A stretch of DNA of 54,553 bases from Atractiella rhizophila (lineage: Eukaryota): assembly GCA_021432655.1 (NCBI GenBank), contig MU271369.1, positions 25,495 through 80,047 on the forward strand. Reading direction: 5' to 3'. The position numbers and the translations under genes were made by a program. Positions 12,935 through 24,502 of this stretch are shown one piece after another. Position 1 is the first letter of the stretch. Every line of letters starts with the position of its first letter. The notes under the pieces were generated by a model. It did not search any database. It worked only from the letters and a program-made list of their open reading frames with translations, and was not told the origin of the DNA.

Positions 12935-13824
12935 GCTCAAAAACAAGAAAATTAGAGTTCCAATCAAAACAAGGGGATCTTGGACACTTTTTCCGCCCGT
13001 TTTGCTGCGTAACTTTGTTTTTAACCAAAATCTGCTGCGCGTGAACAAAGTGATTCCAGTGAACGTTCGACCAACCCCGAAGGTCGATTCAACATTAATA
13101 GGCTCGAACGGGGTGTAGCAGTAGCTAGGGAGGCTCGTAGTAATCTAAGGTGATAGTAATTGCTCTTTAGTTTCCATTCTCGGTACGTGATCTCAGTTTC
13201 GAGCCCTCACTGAAGCCAAGCTTGGAGTCTGGCTTATCATTCAACAAGCTGATAACATGATTCTTTTACTACGAGTTCTTTCTCTCGCATGAAATTCTGC
13301 GGGTGCTTACTCGATTACTTTCTCTCTTCTCTCCAAGTCCTGGTTTTGGAATGTCAAATACGCTTCATGGAAAGAGCCCAAACTTGCCCTTTACTCAGTC
13401 GAAGCGCACGGCAAGCAGGGAAACTAGGTGTGATTTGTCCCACGGATCACGACAGCTGCTGATTTGTTCTGATAAACCTGGCCCCGATGCCGCGTTGCAC
13501 GGACACTGCTTGGCGAAACCGTAAAATTGAAATGCCACAGCTCCACATCCCCTTCTTTCCCTTTCTCATGCTGTGCTGCAGAAGCCCGAGCGTTATGACT
13601 GGGACTTTTTTCCATGAAGAAGCAGCAGAATCGTTCCGCGAAGTCTCGTGCCGTTGGGAGTAACAGCATCCTCCTGCAGCAAATTTGATATTCGAGCATC
13701 CACTCTATTTTCACTTCTGCTAGGCCACTGAGTGAGATCCTGATAGTTATTGCAGAACACCTCGTTCAGACGCATCTCCAGCTCAAGTAGAACACCAATT
13801 TAGTCACATCTCATTAGCTTTTCA

Positions 13825-15000
13825 ATGTCCCTCAACACCCTAACCTCCATATACTCGACCCTCGAGTCCCAAGCCGTCCGTGAAATCCATCCTGGATATT
13901 TTCCAGTAACGATATTCGGTTTTGTGCACTCTCTGCGAATCGGGGTAGCACTAAAGCAAATTATTCATCGCAATGGATCGGAAACACACATGGCAGCTGG
14001 TCAAGTCGCATTTGTGACAATAGTCATGGTCTTTGGGGGAGGGATATTCGCTTGTAAGTATCCATTCAGCCTGGTTAATGGATTAAATCTGATGTGTGCG
14101 GACTAGCCTTGTTGCTAAACCAGATTCCTAGTCGGTTTTTCTATCTCCTCACAGGATGATGTTCATGCGTCAGTGTGAAGGTTTCCTACATAGTCCAAAA
14201 GACATGTTTGTTTATGCGTGCGTCTGTTTTGCTTTCCTTGGCATCTAATAACGTCTCGATTAAATCCAGGATTGGAGCATTGGCTGTCACCCATACAAAG
14301 CTAGGAGAGCTTGCACTCCAAGTACCGGAACTCCCATTGGAGACTTTCTTCGCTCTCCTAGACGGCTTCGCTCGTGCGTGGGGTGTCACCTCGCTAGGAG
14401 TAGATAGTACACTTGCACATTCCAGCAAAGATATTTCCAGTTCTGCGTTCGCGGGTCCGTTTATGCCTTATCCTTGAAAGCAGCCTGAAGAAAGCCCCAG
14501 TGATATTCCTCTCCACGCTCATCGGAGCGGGAGGAGATCTTCTGGTTCCACTTTTGTAAGTATCTTGCCTTCTATTGCACGAAATGGAAGCTAGCTGACA
14601 TCAACACTACAGCAACGGCTTCTCTCACACCTGGACCATTCAAGCACCGACATACCTAACATCCAGCCCGTCCTTCGAAATCTGGAGCTGTACAGCAGCA
14701 GCCGTGCTCTACTCTCTTCTGATTGACAACCCTTCCTCGATACGAAAGAGTTTCGGCATTCCTGAAAGCTCAGGTTGGATTTCGAAACGAAACGTCCTGA
14801 AACCCGCAGAAGCCAAAGCGATCTGCGCTGCCGTCCTCATGGTGTCTATTGTCTTCAATCGTATCGTCCTCCCAAACATCAATGTCAGCATACCGCTTCC
14901 GTGGAGTAGGAAAGAGAACGCTGGGACGAAGCAGAGCGCGAGAATTAGATGGAGTACGAAGAAGCGGAACGATCCTGGAAATAAGAAGAAGACACAGTGA
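13825..15000 (+). CDS. Multi-pass membrane protein of unknown function, TRIC-channel-like motifs (about 5 exons)
   Basis: Spliced translation gives several hydrophobic helices with FGGGIFASLLLNQIPSFL and LIGAGGDLLVPLF...W..xAP, and a Lys-rich C-terminus (KKKTQ*). Canonical splice sites at 14055, 14131, 14218 and 14556. Confidence 0.7.
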
Positions 15001-15283
15001 TTTGGAATACTTCTTGGATCGACCGTTAATCTACTTGATCAGCGAGTCCTAATCGACGGTGGACGCTTTACTTATGAATATGGAATGGATTACTTCAGCA
15101 TATATACCTTGAGGTAAACATTACTACAATCGATATAAGCACTTCTGTGAACGGTTTCACGAAATCGTCCTATCCTACTATAACCAACAGCTATACTGCA
15201 CGGACCCAAACCCAAACTAGTTGAATACGCATACGAATCACAGTCATTTATACTTTTGATCAAGACAAAGGTCGACGAGATGA

Positions 15284-18069
15284 TTAAGACAGAGCAGTAG
15301 ATTGCATGCCCATGGGCTGGTATCCTTCATATCCGCTCCTCATGCTCTTCCTGAGAGTCCAACAGAAGTACGCTGCAATGGCAGTCGCCACGCCTCCTAA
15401 TCGGAAGACAACTCCAATGGCGTCCCAGTCGTTGGGGTCGACAGCCAACTCGACTTCTTCTTGTCGAATTGAGAGAACGGCGTCATCTATCGCAGTCGTG
15501 TTGAGAGAAATAGGCTTCTCACTGCCCCCGAGGACAGATTTTCCCGGTGCCAGGATGGCGAAGATGATGGAAGACGCGAAGGTGACCAGAAATTGGGGAA
15601 GGACGATGAAAATGTTGTGGATACTGGGTAAATCCGGTAAGACTAGAAAAGTTGCAGCGAGGAGGAGATTTACCCTAGGATCACGCCAGCAGAGTCAGCT
15701 GCATCTCCTTCTCCATCTGCATGCTCATCCTCTGGATCTTCAGTTCCGCCTTGTCGCCGCAGACTCAGTTGTAGCTCCTCTCGCTCTCTCATATCAAAGT
15801 CCAGAGAATCTTCATCACGTATCTTCAGTACACCGTTGTGGACTTCAGAAGCGGCTGAGGGTGATAACATCGTATCGTCATAATTTGGAGAAATGATGAT
15901 GGTAGGGACAGAGGTGGAAGGAGTACTGTAAGCGTGGGTATTGATAGGTGGAGGTATCCGCTTCGGACGAGAAAAAGAAGAGCTTGGTGAGGAGGAGAAG
16001 CTGTCTGTCGTAGCCTCTGACAGGGTCTGAGAGACATACAAGCTCTCGCGATAAGGAGATCGTCGACCGCTTTTCTCTGCCTCTTCCATGCCGCGTCGAA
16101 TATCCTCCTCATCATCAATATCAAACACGATGTCATCGTCATTTTGTTCTGGAGCGTTCCGGCGAATAGAGGGATGTGAACGGTCATTAACGAGGCGCAC
16201 ACGCTCGTCTTCTTCATCTGATACCTCTTCGGAGGGCACACCAGTAGCTGGCTCAGTAGCTTCAGAGATTGGCGTCAGGGAATTGTTCCAGTACCGCGAT
16301 CGGCGAAGTTCTTGGAGTTGGGTAGACTTGGTATCGAATGAAGCTTTGTGGATAATCTCACCGATCTGCATTTTCATCAATATCAATAGTGTAGACTGGG
16401 CCAGGATATCAAGAGCACATACCAAGGCGAATGGAGCCCACATTGAAATGGCAAGTGAGAATCCGGTCAGAGTCACCACAACAATGGCATAACTGACGGA
16501 GGACGTGAAAAACGTGGAGATCATAAGGACGGAGAAGAAAGCGTTGGAGATGAGCCAAGTCATAGGAAGATCGAGCCAAGGGATCGTGAACTCCTTCTGC
16601 GCTATCTTGTCCCTCAGAGCGAGGAAAAGTTGCTTGATTGGCGAAACCGGCTCCCTGGAATAGTTGTTGTAGATCGAGCGTAAGGTGAGAGCAGAGGAAG
16701 GATTAGGAGCCCCGGTGTCCGACGTTGGAACCAGGGAGGGGACGATGATGGAGACGAAGAACGCGAGGATAGCATGGTATAGCATAGCTCTCGAGCCTGT
16801 CCGTGTTCCCTCATCAAGAAGCTGCTCGTGAGATTCGCCATCCGCCGTGCCGGTCAGTAAAGCGTTCTTGACGTAAATCTCTTCTACCCACGTCGAAGAA
16901 AAGAAGAGAACTGGGAACCAGCCAATCCACGAGAAACCTTGTGTACGGCAGATCGTCTTAATGTCCAATGGCAAGGTCTTCCAGCTGTCCCAAATCTGTC
17001 GCAACGCTCCAAACAAACCGCTGTTTCTTCGTGAATTGCTACCACCCAGCCGTATACCTTCTTCAGCATCGAGGTCTACTTGTCCAATGAGCACTCGCTC
17101 CTCGACGCAAAGACAAGTGATGGTATGCGTAACGCAAAAAACGGTGACGGCGATGATGGCGAGAATCTTAAGTTGGCTATCAGCTAGCCATCCGAACGTC
17201 TCGATGAGGTTCTCCTCTCCTATGAAAAATCCAAGAACGGCGCCAGCTCCAGTCAGACGAGAGGCCCATGCATTGCCATCCTTCTGCAGCGACGAGGGGA
17301 GAACATCCAGCTAACAGTGCGCAACTTTTAGTCACTAGAAGGCAGTATAAAGGAAGACAAACAAGTAAGGCGCGGTCAGCTGCTTGCACCACATTGATCG
17401 AGAAATCCAAAATGTATACCGCCAGGACTGCCAGAAGGATTGTGAAACGAGTGTGCTAGTCCATCAACTCAGCTTCTCTTTATTCTTTAGAAATGTGAAG
17501 ACCCACAGCATCTCCACCTGCTGTAAAGATAACGCCAGCCACTTCCTTCGTAAATCCTAGTAAAAGAAGTGCCAAGGCACAGACAGCGCAACCACCGATG
17601 ATGAATGGCCGCCGTCGTCCTAACGAAGAAGTGCAACGATCTGCGTATATACCTATTAAAGGCTGCACGATCAATCCTACGAGCTCTCAGTACCAGTCAG
17701 TCTCCACGGATGGGAGTCCATACCTGACAGTGGACCAGCTAAGAAGACGATGGACATCCAAGATTTGGACATCCCAAGGGAAAGGAGGTACGGGGAAACT
17801 TCATTCGTCCGTTAGCTCAAGCATTTCGTAGATAACGAAAGAGCTAAGCACCATAGGCCATCTCGGTAGACCATACGATCTGAAGACCCAAGAACGAAAG
17901 ACTGCAGGAGACATACGTCAACAACATTGACATAGTGCAAATGCAATTCCAACCTGATAACCACCAGTCGCTGCCATTCCTTGCTTCCTTTTATCCTTGC
18001 CCTCCCTATCCATTGGGAGCGCATTCTCCTGTTACTAAAGCCGAAGCTTCCCCCATGACCGCCAGCCAT
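15284..18069 (-). CDS. MFS sucrose/alpha-glucoside:H+ symporter (SUT1/SLC45 family; multi-exon)
   Basis: [72 protein letters not shown] and [18 protein letters not shown] are all SUT/SLC45 hallmarks. Confidence 0.9.
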
Positions 18070-18449
18070 TGAGAGCGTTCGTGCCTGATGTACAGATGTC
18101 GTAAGTTCGAGCTAAGTTGATGGGGATTTGTTTGAGTGTTCGCAAGGAACTCTACAGCACGCGAGAGTCTACAAGTCGTAAAGAGGAAAGTAAGGTCGTG
18201 GTCGAGTTGGTTGGCAAGAAGGCTCGTCCGTCTAACTTTATTGCCAACCACCTCCACGAAACTGACATCGCACCGAAAGCCGCTCCAGCTTCATATCGCA
18301 TAATAGCAGCTCGTCCGCCATCTGAACCCATTGTCTCGCACCTAACACTGTCTGATTCCGAAAAAGAATCAACCAAAACGACCTTGTCTGTGCAAGAACC
18401 GCGGTACCAAGCACAATCTACTCTACCACTTCTTTAAATCCTCGAAAGG

Positions 18450-19752
18450 ATGGACCCACATAGATGCATTATAGCGCCCTCTATGCTCTCTTGCGATTTT
18501 GGAGAACTTACACATGAATGCAAGAAGATTTTGGATCAGGGAGCGGATTGGCTTCACATGGGTGAGCGATCTACGTCAGCACCATTTCAATATAAACTAC
18601 CCAAGGAGCTTTCTTTTGCCATCCAGATTGATATCCTATGAAAAGGATTGATTACATATGCTTTTCGCATCAAAGTCTACTGCACTTTGGAAGTAACTAA
18701 CATTGTTATATGTAGATGTTATGGACGGGTACTGCCTCCCACTGCCATCTCCTCCTCTCCACTGAAGGCAGAGCAGCCACTTTGTGCCCGACATTACATT
18801 TGGCCCGAAGGTGATCGGGAAGGTTGCGAAGAAGCTACCGAATGCCTACATGGACTGTCATATGATGGTCTCAAACCCGGGACAGGTCAGCATTTTCCTT
18901 TCCTCCTTCTTCCTTTTTTTCTGATTTGAACCATAGTGGGTGGAAGCAGTTGCCAAAGCTGGAGGGACATCCTATACATTTCATATGGAGACGGTCACCG
19001 TTGGTTCGTGTCCACGGCATCGTTATCTGTCTGATATTGAGTTTTCTAATCCATGGAACAGAAGAAACGCCCGCTTTGATACAAAAGATTAAGGACCACG
19101 GGATGAAAGCTGCAGTCGCGATCAACCCTCCAACACGTCAGTCCATCTTCGTCTCTCCATCTTGAATATTTTTCATGATCAAAGGCAGCTACATCGACCA
19201 TCACTGATGAGATTGGACATGCCGCCGATATGATTGTTGTCATGACCATCATGCCTGGAGCAGGAGGTCAAAAACTTATCCCCGAATGCCTAGCAAAGGT
19301 TCGCCACTCCTATTCAGCTGACATTCGTTTCCGATCGCAACATCCCAGGTGCACGAGCTTCGGGAGCGATTCCCTGAGAAAGACATCCAGATCGATGGGG
19401 GAGTCAAGACTCACAACATCAGTGTCTGCGCTGAAGCCGGTGTGTTCTCTCTCCCCAAACAATTTTCAAAGCTCAAGCTATGCAACCAGGTTCGAACGTG
19501 ATCGTGGCTGGCACCGGAATCCTCGACACTCCTGACCCCCGCAAAACGATGGTGGAGATGCGTGACCTTACAGAAAAAGGCCTGATCAAGTTGGCGAGCG
19601 ATGGCAGGGGAGGAGTCAGGGTGAAAAAGGAGGTTGCAGAAGAACTGGAGAGAGAGGGAAAGCACCCACTCGTTGATGACAGGAAACCTCTTCCATCAAT
19701 AAAGGACGATAAGCCGCTGCCTCACAGACCGTCCAGCGGACAGAACATATAG
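18450..19752 (+). CDS. RPE1: Ribulose-phosphate 3-epimerase, complete copy (8 exons)
   Basis: IIAPSMLSCDF, ADWLHM|DVMDG|HFVPDITFG, MDCHMMV, YTFHME, VMTIMPGAGGQK, IQIDGG, GSNVIVAGT. It carries a C-terminal extension of about 50 aa. Confidence 0.95.
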
Positions 19753-20885
19753 CAATCTTAACTGGTAGATTGATTACATATACTTTTCGCATCAAAGTCT
19801 ACTGCACTTTGGAAGTAACTAACATTGTTATATGTAGATGTTATGGACGGGTACTGCCTCCTACTGCCATCTCTTCCTCTCCACTGAAGGCAGAGCAGTC
19901 ACTTTGTGCCCGACATTACATTTGGCCCGAAGGTGATCGGGAAGGTTGCGAAGAAGCTACCGAATGCCTACATGGACTGTCATATGATGGTCTCAAACCC
20001 GGGACAGGTCAGCCTTTTCCTTTCCTCCGTCTTCCTTTTTTCTGATTGAAACCATAGTGGGTGGAAGCAGTTGCCAAAGCTGGAGGGACATCGTACACAT
20101 TTCATATGGAGACGGTCACCGTTGGTTCGTGTCCACGGCATCGTTATCTCTCTGATGATGAGTTTTCTTCTCCACGGAACAGAAGATACGACCGCTTTGA
20201 TACAAAAGATTAAGGACCACGGGATGAAAGCTGCAGTCGCGATCAACCCTCCAACACGTGAGTTCACCTCTGCCTCTCCATCTTAAGTATTTTTCATGAA
20301 CAAAGGCAGCTACATCGACCATCACTGATGAGATTGGACATGCCGCCGATATGATCGTTGTCATGACCATCATGCCTGGAGCAGGAGGTCAGAAACTTAT
20401 CCCCGAATGCCTAGCAAAGGTTCGCCACTCCTATTCAGCTGACATCCGTTTCCGATTGCAACATCCCAGGTGCACGAGCTTCGGGAGCGATTCCCTGAGA
20501 AAGACATCCAGATCGATGGAGGAGTAAAGACTCACAACATCAGTGTCTGCGCTGAAGCCGGTGCGTTCTCTCCCCACACAGTGTTCAAAGTTCGAGCTAT
20601 GCAACCAGGTTCGAACGTGATCGTGGCTGGCACCGGAATCCTCGACACTCCTGACCCCCGCAAAACGATGGTGGAGATGCGTGACCTTACAGAAAAAGGC
20701 CTGATCAAGTTGGCGAGCGATGGCAGGGGAGGAGTCAGGGTGAAAAAGGAGGTTGCAGAAGAACTGGAGAGAGAGGGAAAGCACCCACTCGTTGATGACA
20801 GGAAACCTCTTCCATCAATAAAGGACGATAAGCCGCTGCCTCACAGACCGTCCAGCGGACAGAACATATAGCAATCTTAACTGGT
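18646..20885 (+). repeat. Direct tandem duplication, 2 units of about 1.12 kb (18646-19766 and 19768-20885)
   Basis: Both units begin GATTGATTACATAT and end CAATCTTAACTGGT. They are collinear throughout, with differences concentrated in introns and an identical last exon. Confidence 0.97.
19838..20871 (+). CDS. RPE1: Second RPE1 gene body lacking exon 1 (alternative 3' module, truncated duplicate or mis-assembled allele)
   Basis: Exons 2-8 are present with intact splice sites and reading frame. The promoter and exon 1 (MDPHR...WLHM, including a metal-binding His) are missing. Confidence 0.6.
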
Positions 20886-21106
20886 TGAATACTGATAGAG
20901 TGCTGTTTGTATTGAATGAAATATTGTATGTTTATAACGGCACCGTCCATCTCTTCCAGCCCTGAGTTCTGGCTGTATGTCGAGTAATGTCTCTGCCCAG
21001 CTTCAGCAAGCAGTCAGTCGCAGTCACAACAGTCACAACAGCTTGAAAACATATCTGGGAACTAAAGGATTTATATTTACATAGAGAGGCGATCCTACAA
21101 CAAATG

Positions 21107-21189
21107 GACTCCGTGGCGCAATGGTAGTCGCGTCAGATTCCAGTTAAGGAAGTTCCTGAAGGTTATCCGTTCAAGTCGGGTCGGGGTCA
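21107..21189 (+). tRNA. tRNA-Trp(CCA) with a short (about 10 nt) intron
   Basis: Acceptor stem GACTCCG/CGGGGTC + A, A-box TGGCGCAATGG, anticodon arm TCAGA-TT-CCA-G...CCTGA, T-arm ATCCG-TTCAAGT-CGGGT. Followed by a T5 Pol III terminator. Confidence 0.92.
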
Positions 21190-21266
21190 CTTTTTGTCAT
21201 TTGAATTTTTGGTTTACCTTCCTCTTCCTTGGTCTTTGCTTCCTACGATCACAACCCACCATCGTA

Positions 21267-23677
21267 ATGACCTCCCCAGGCCTGCTGAACAAACCGAAAG
21301 CGAGTCCAGCACTTCTTTCCAGACCATCAACACCGTCCTTGACTGTCCAAAACACCGCTGTCCGAGGCAGCAACTTCAACTCCCCATCCCATATCTCCTC
21401 CGATGCGAGCTCCATCACCAGCTCAGTCTCGGAAACACCTGCACCTTCAATTGAACCGAATGATGAGGATGTTGGCATTGTCAGCGGGAGTAGCTTCTCG
21501 TTGACCCCCGAAGCTGGCGATGCAGTCGAGCCTGCCAACGATCATGATGCTATCCTTTCGAGCTCGGTAAACAGTACTCTTACTCAGGGGCTCTGAGGTT
21601 TACGTCTTACCAGGGAATCACTCTCGCTGCGCCATCAAAGGATTCACGCACGCTGCTCAGAGAGCAGCTTCTTCGAAGTGCGACATATACAAGGAAGAAG
21701 TCAGACGTATCTATAAAGACGACGAGAAGTCAGTCTTGCGTCCACTTCGTTAGAACTTTGTTGAAAATGGTATAACAGCACGGCAACAGGAGATGGAGGA
21801 ACTTGAACTCGATGAGGATCGGTTACCGCCCTCAGGTGACTGCCTCAGTTTCGGGAAGAATACACATGCTCATCACGACTGCAGTGTTTTCTCCCTTCTC
21901 GAGAAGGAAATACTTTGTCCTTTCGAATTCAGGAAAGCTCGTGTGGGCTAGGTGGGTTTCTTCCTTGCTTCCAACTTTGGAAATTGATCATGTAGTCAGC
22001 GAAGACGAAGAGGAGGCAACAGGGCAGGTTGGGGTGATGCGAGCAATCATATCCATTTTCGAGGAGGACGGTGATATGATCCGGTACGCTTTTTCTTGGG
22101 ACTGTTCGCGCCCACGCTGATCCAAGTGGCTTAGATACGTTAAGGCAGATCAGAATTTTCGAATAGCGTTCATGCGGAAATCACCGCTATACCTGGTCGC
22201 CGCTTCGGACTGGGGAGAACCAGAGTCTGTCGTAAGCGCACACTTTTTCATCATCGGTTAATGTTTGATGAAGGGATAAGCTGAGGTCGCACATGGAGTT
22301 AATACACTTTCAGATTCTCTCCGTGGTCTCTTCCCTTCAGCTTACGAGACTATTCTCAAAACAGGCAAATTTCGATTTGAGGCGGATGCTTTCAGGTGGG
22401 TATCTCCATTTCTGCTTCGCCTGCCCTTTTGCTTCATGTTGGGTGAAGGAACGGAAAACTTCTTGTCTTCTCTTATTGATAACGCCCAAATGGGGGAACT
22501 GTGCTTTACTCACCTGATGGCGAGCCTCACAGTATTTAAAATAGACAGTCAAACGCGGAGTGAAGTTGGAAAGGCGTTGCTTCCGGAGAAGAAACTAAAG
22601 GTGCGCTTTTGTTTCTACTTAAGGAAGCCAGGGATGCTGATAGCTGAAGACTAGGATCTTTTATACCTACTGATACTGGCCAATGGCAAAATCCTGACTC
22701 TCGTTCGGCCACGGAAACACAGCGTCCATCCCACCGGTTTGTCCCTTCCTCTCCTCCTTAACGGGCAGGATCTAACAGGGCAAACAGATCTCTTTATTTT
22801 ACTCAACACAATCCTCTCCTCCCCGTCACTCACAAGCACCGAGTCTTGGCTTCCAATCTGTCTTCCAAAGTTCAACGACCAAGGCTTTCTGCATTCATAT
22901 GTTGCTTTTCCACAGGTTCAGAACGGCGATTCATCAAATCATGGCTCTGGAGATCCGCTCAACTTGGGCTTAATTTTCGTCAGTGCGAACCGGGAGGCAT
23001 TTGTTGAGTTACAAGAATTAAAGGAGAGCGTCATGCGCAAGTTAGCAGGAGGGGATATTTTAGACAGGGTAAGGGAAGGAACGAAGACACAAGGAATCAA
23101 CGTTGGTTCGTCTCTCTCCTTCTTTATTCCCTTTGCTGTTAGCTCAGATATGTATAACAGGCGAACTCGGTATCCCTGGCTTGAGGCACTTCGTCTACAA
23201 GTCTCGCACTTATGTTCAAATCGCTGTAGCGGATTGGGACGGAATATACGATGACGAAAACCTAGACAATCGCCGCCGGTTTGCTTCACTTGTATCCGTC
23301 TTTGACGTAGTACTGAATGACAGACAGGCTTATCGTGTTATATCAAAAAGCGCACGACGCCATCAAGGGACGGTTAGACCAGTCGACTTCGACATCGAGT
23401 GCGAAGACAGTGAGGAAGTCAGCCGCTAAATTGGTTTACTTCCGGACAGAATGGGAAATTGTTCTTGGTACCGTAAGTCCCGCCTTATCTTCTACTTCTA
23501 GAACAGTGAGTGGGCTGAGGAGTTGGAATGTGCTAGATATCCTCGGAGAGGGAGACCTATCTCGCTCTTTCTCATATGCTGCCAAAGACCGCCGTAATGA
23601 CGGCCTTAGCCAGCCTTGATGAATGGGTAAAAAAGGAGAGCGACAAACTCTTCCTTATCAATGCACCTTCATTCTAA
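21267..23677 (+). CDS. MON1: Vacuolar fusion protein Mon1 (Ypt7/Rab7 GEF subunit; multi-exon)
   Basis: KYFVLSNSGKLV, GVMRAIISIF, SDWGEPES, NFDLRRMLS, RPRKHSVHPTDLFILLN, ESWLPICLPKFNDQGFLHSYV, GLRHFVYKSR. Ends FLINAPSF*. Confidence 0.93.
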
Positions 23678-23718
23678 ATTATGGGATACGGAGCAACGGT
23701 AGCGTCTCCGGTGCGTCA

Positions 23719-24284
23719 TCAGCGAACCCGCTTGCCAAATTGGATCTGCACAATTGTTTAGTATGACGTATCATCATGAAAGGACGATGGAGTACCTTAG
23801 GACCCCAACCTCGAATCTTCTTGGGTGGTTTGAGAGGGACAGCAACTTGTGTCGGATGCGCTCCTGCAAAATAATGATTAGCATGCATTGAGAAAGCAAC
23901 AAGGACCGTATACCTTGCCGATACCGTTCCATGACCCTCAAAAGATACTTTCTTTCCTTCAAACTCATCCCAGTCAGCTTCTCTAACTTCTCTCCATCCA
24001 TCTTTAAGAAGTCTTCAAGTGTCACGTCCTCAAACTTGGGCACGTAGGTGACCAGTTTACGGTTCTTGTTGCATGCTTGAATGAATGAAGGGACATCTTT
24101 GATTTGAGGGAGAGGTGGCTGGCGTTCTAGAAAGCAAATGAGCAGAGTTTGAGGCTACAAAGACGAAAAACTAACGGCGCTTTTCAAGTAGTTTTGCTGC
24201 TGTCAAAATTGTGCGATAGGAGCAGTGATACGACATCGAAGGCCATGTGAGGTTCACAATACTACGCTGTAACAAAGCCTGCAT
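23719..24284 (-). CDS. FYV4: Mitochondrial small ribosomal subunit protein mS41/Fyv4 (IGR domain; 4 exons)
   Basis: SFIQACNKNR..., LEKLTGMSLKERKYLLRVMERYRQG, PPKKIRGWGPK|IQFGKRVR*. Basic presequence from ATG 24284 (start tentative). Confidence 0.8.
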
Positions 24285-24502
24285 TGGGTCGCTTTTGACA
24301 CTCGTGTTATAGAAGGGCCAAAGGGATTAGTTTTGAATATAGTAGAAATGTTGGAGACGTGAAGGAATTTCCAGAAAAGGCAGTTCGCTCACAACTGCTC
24401 CGTGAACCCTGCACTCACACCAAGAAATCCGAAAGCTGCCTATGTTCGCAGGTTGCCTTTGATCGAGAATTTTTACGCTAGGTGTGCATACAAACTACCA
24501 CC

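Noticed and set aside
13050..13800. Short ORFs between NUP120 and the membrane-protein gene; likewise 5980-6400 and 51700-52430
   Set aside because: No recognisable protein or RNA motif and no consistent exon chain could be assembled. Treated as promoter/UTR sequence.
14107..14175. Apparent in-frame stop or frameshift in the membrane-protein gene
   Set aside because: It is resolved by a 24-nt exon followed by an intron (GTCGGT...GAAG, about 14131-14180), so this is not a pseudogene.
18646..20885. RIP-like mutation or a transposon origin for the RPE1 duplication
   Set aside because: Differences go in both directions, include transversions and spare coding positions. No terminal repeats, target-site duplication or transposase are visible.
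24361..24380. Possible heat-shock element (GGAATTTCCAGAA) upstream of HSF1, suggesting autoregulation
   Set aside because: Only one correctly spaced TTCnnGAA unit is present and the third GAA is off by one base. Expected by chance.
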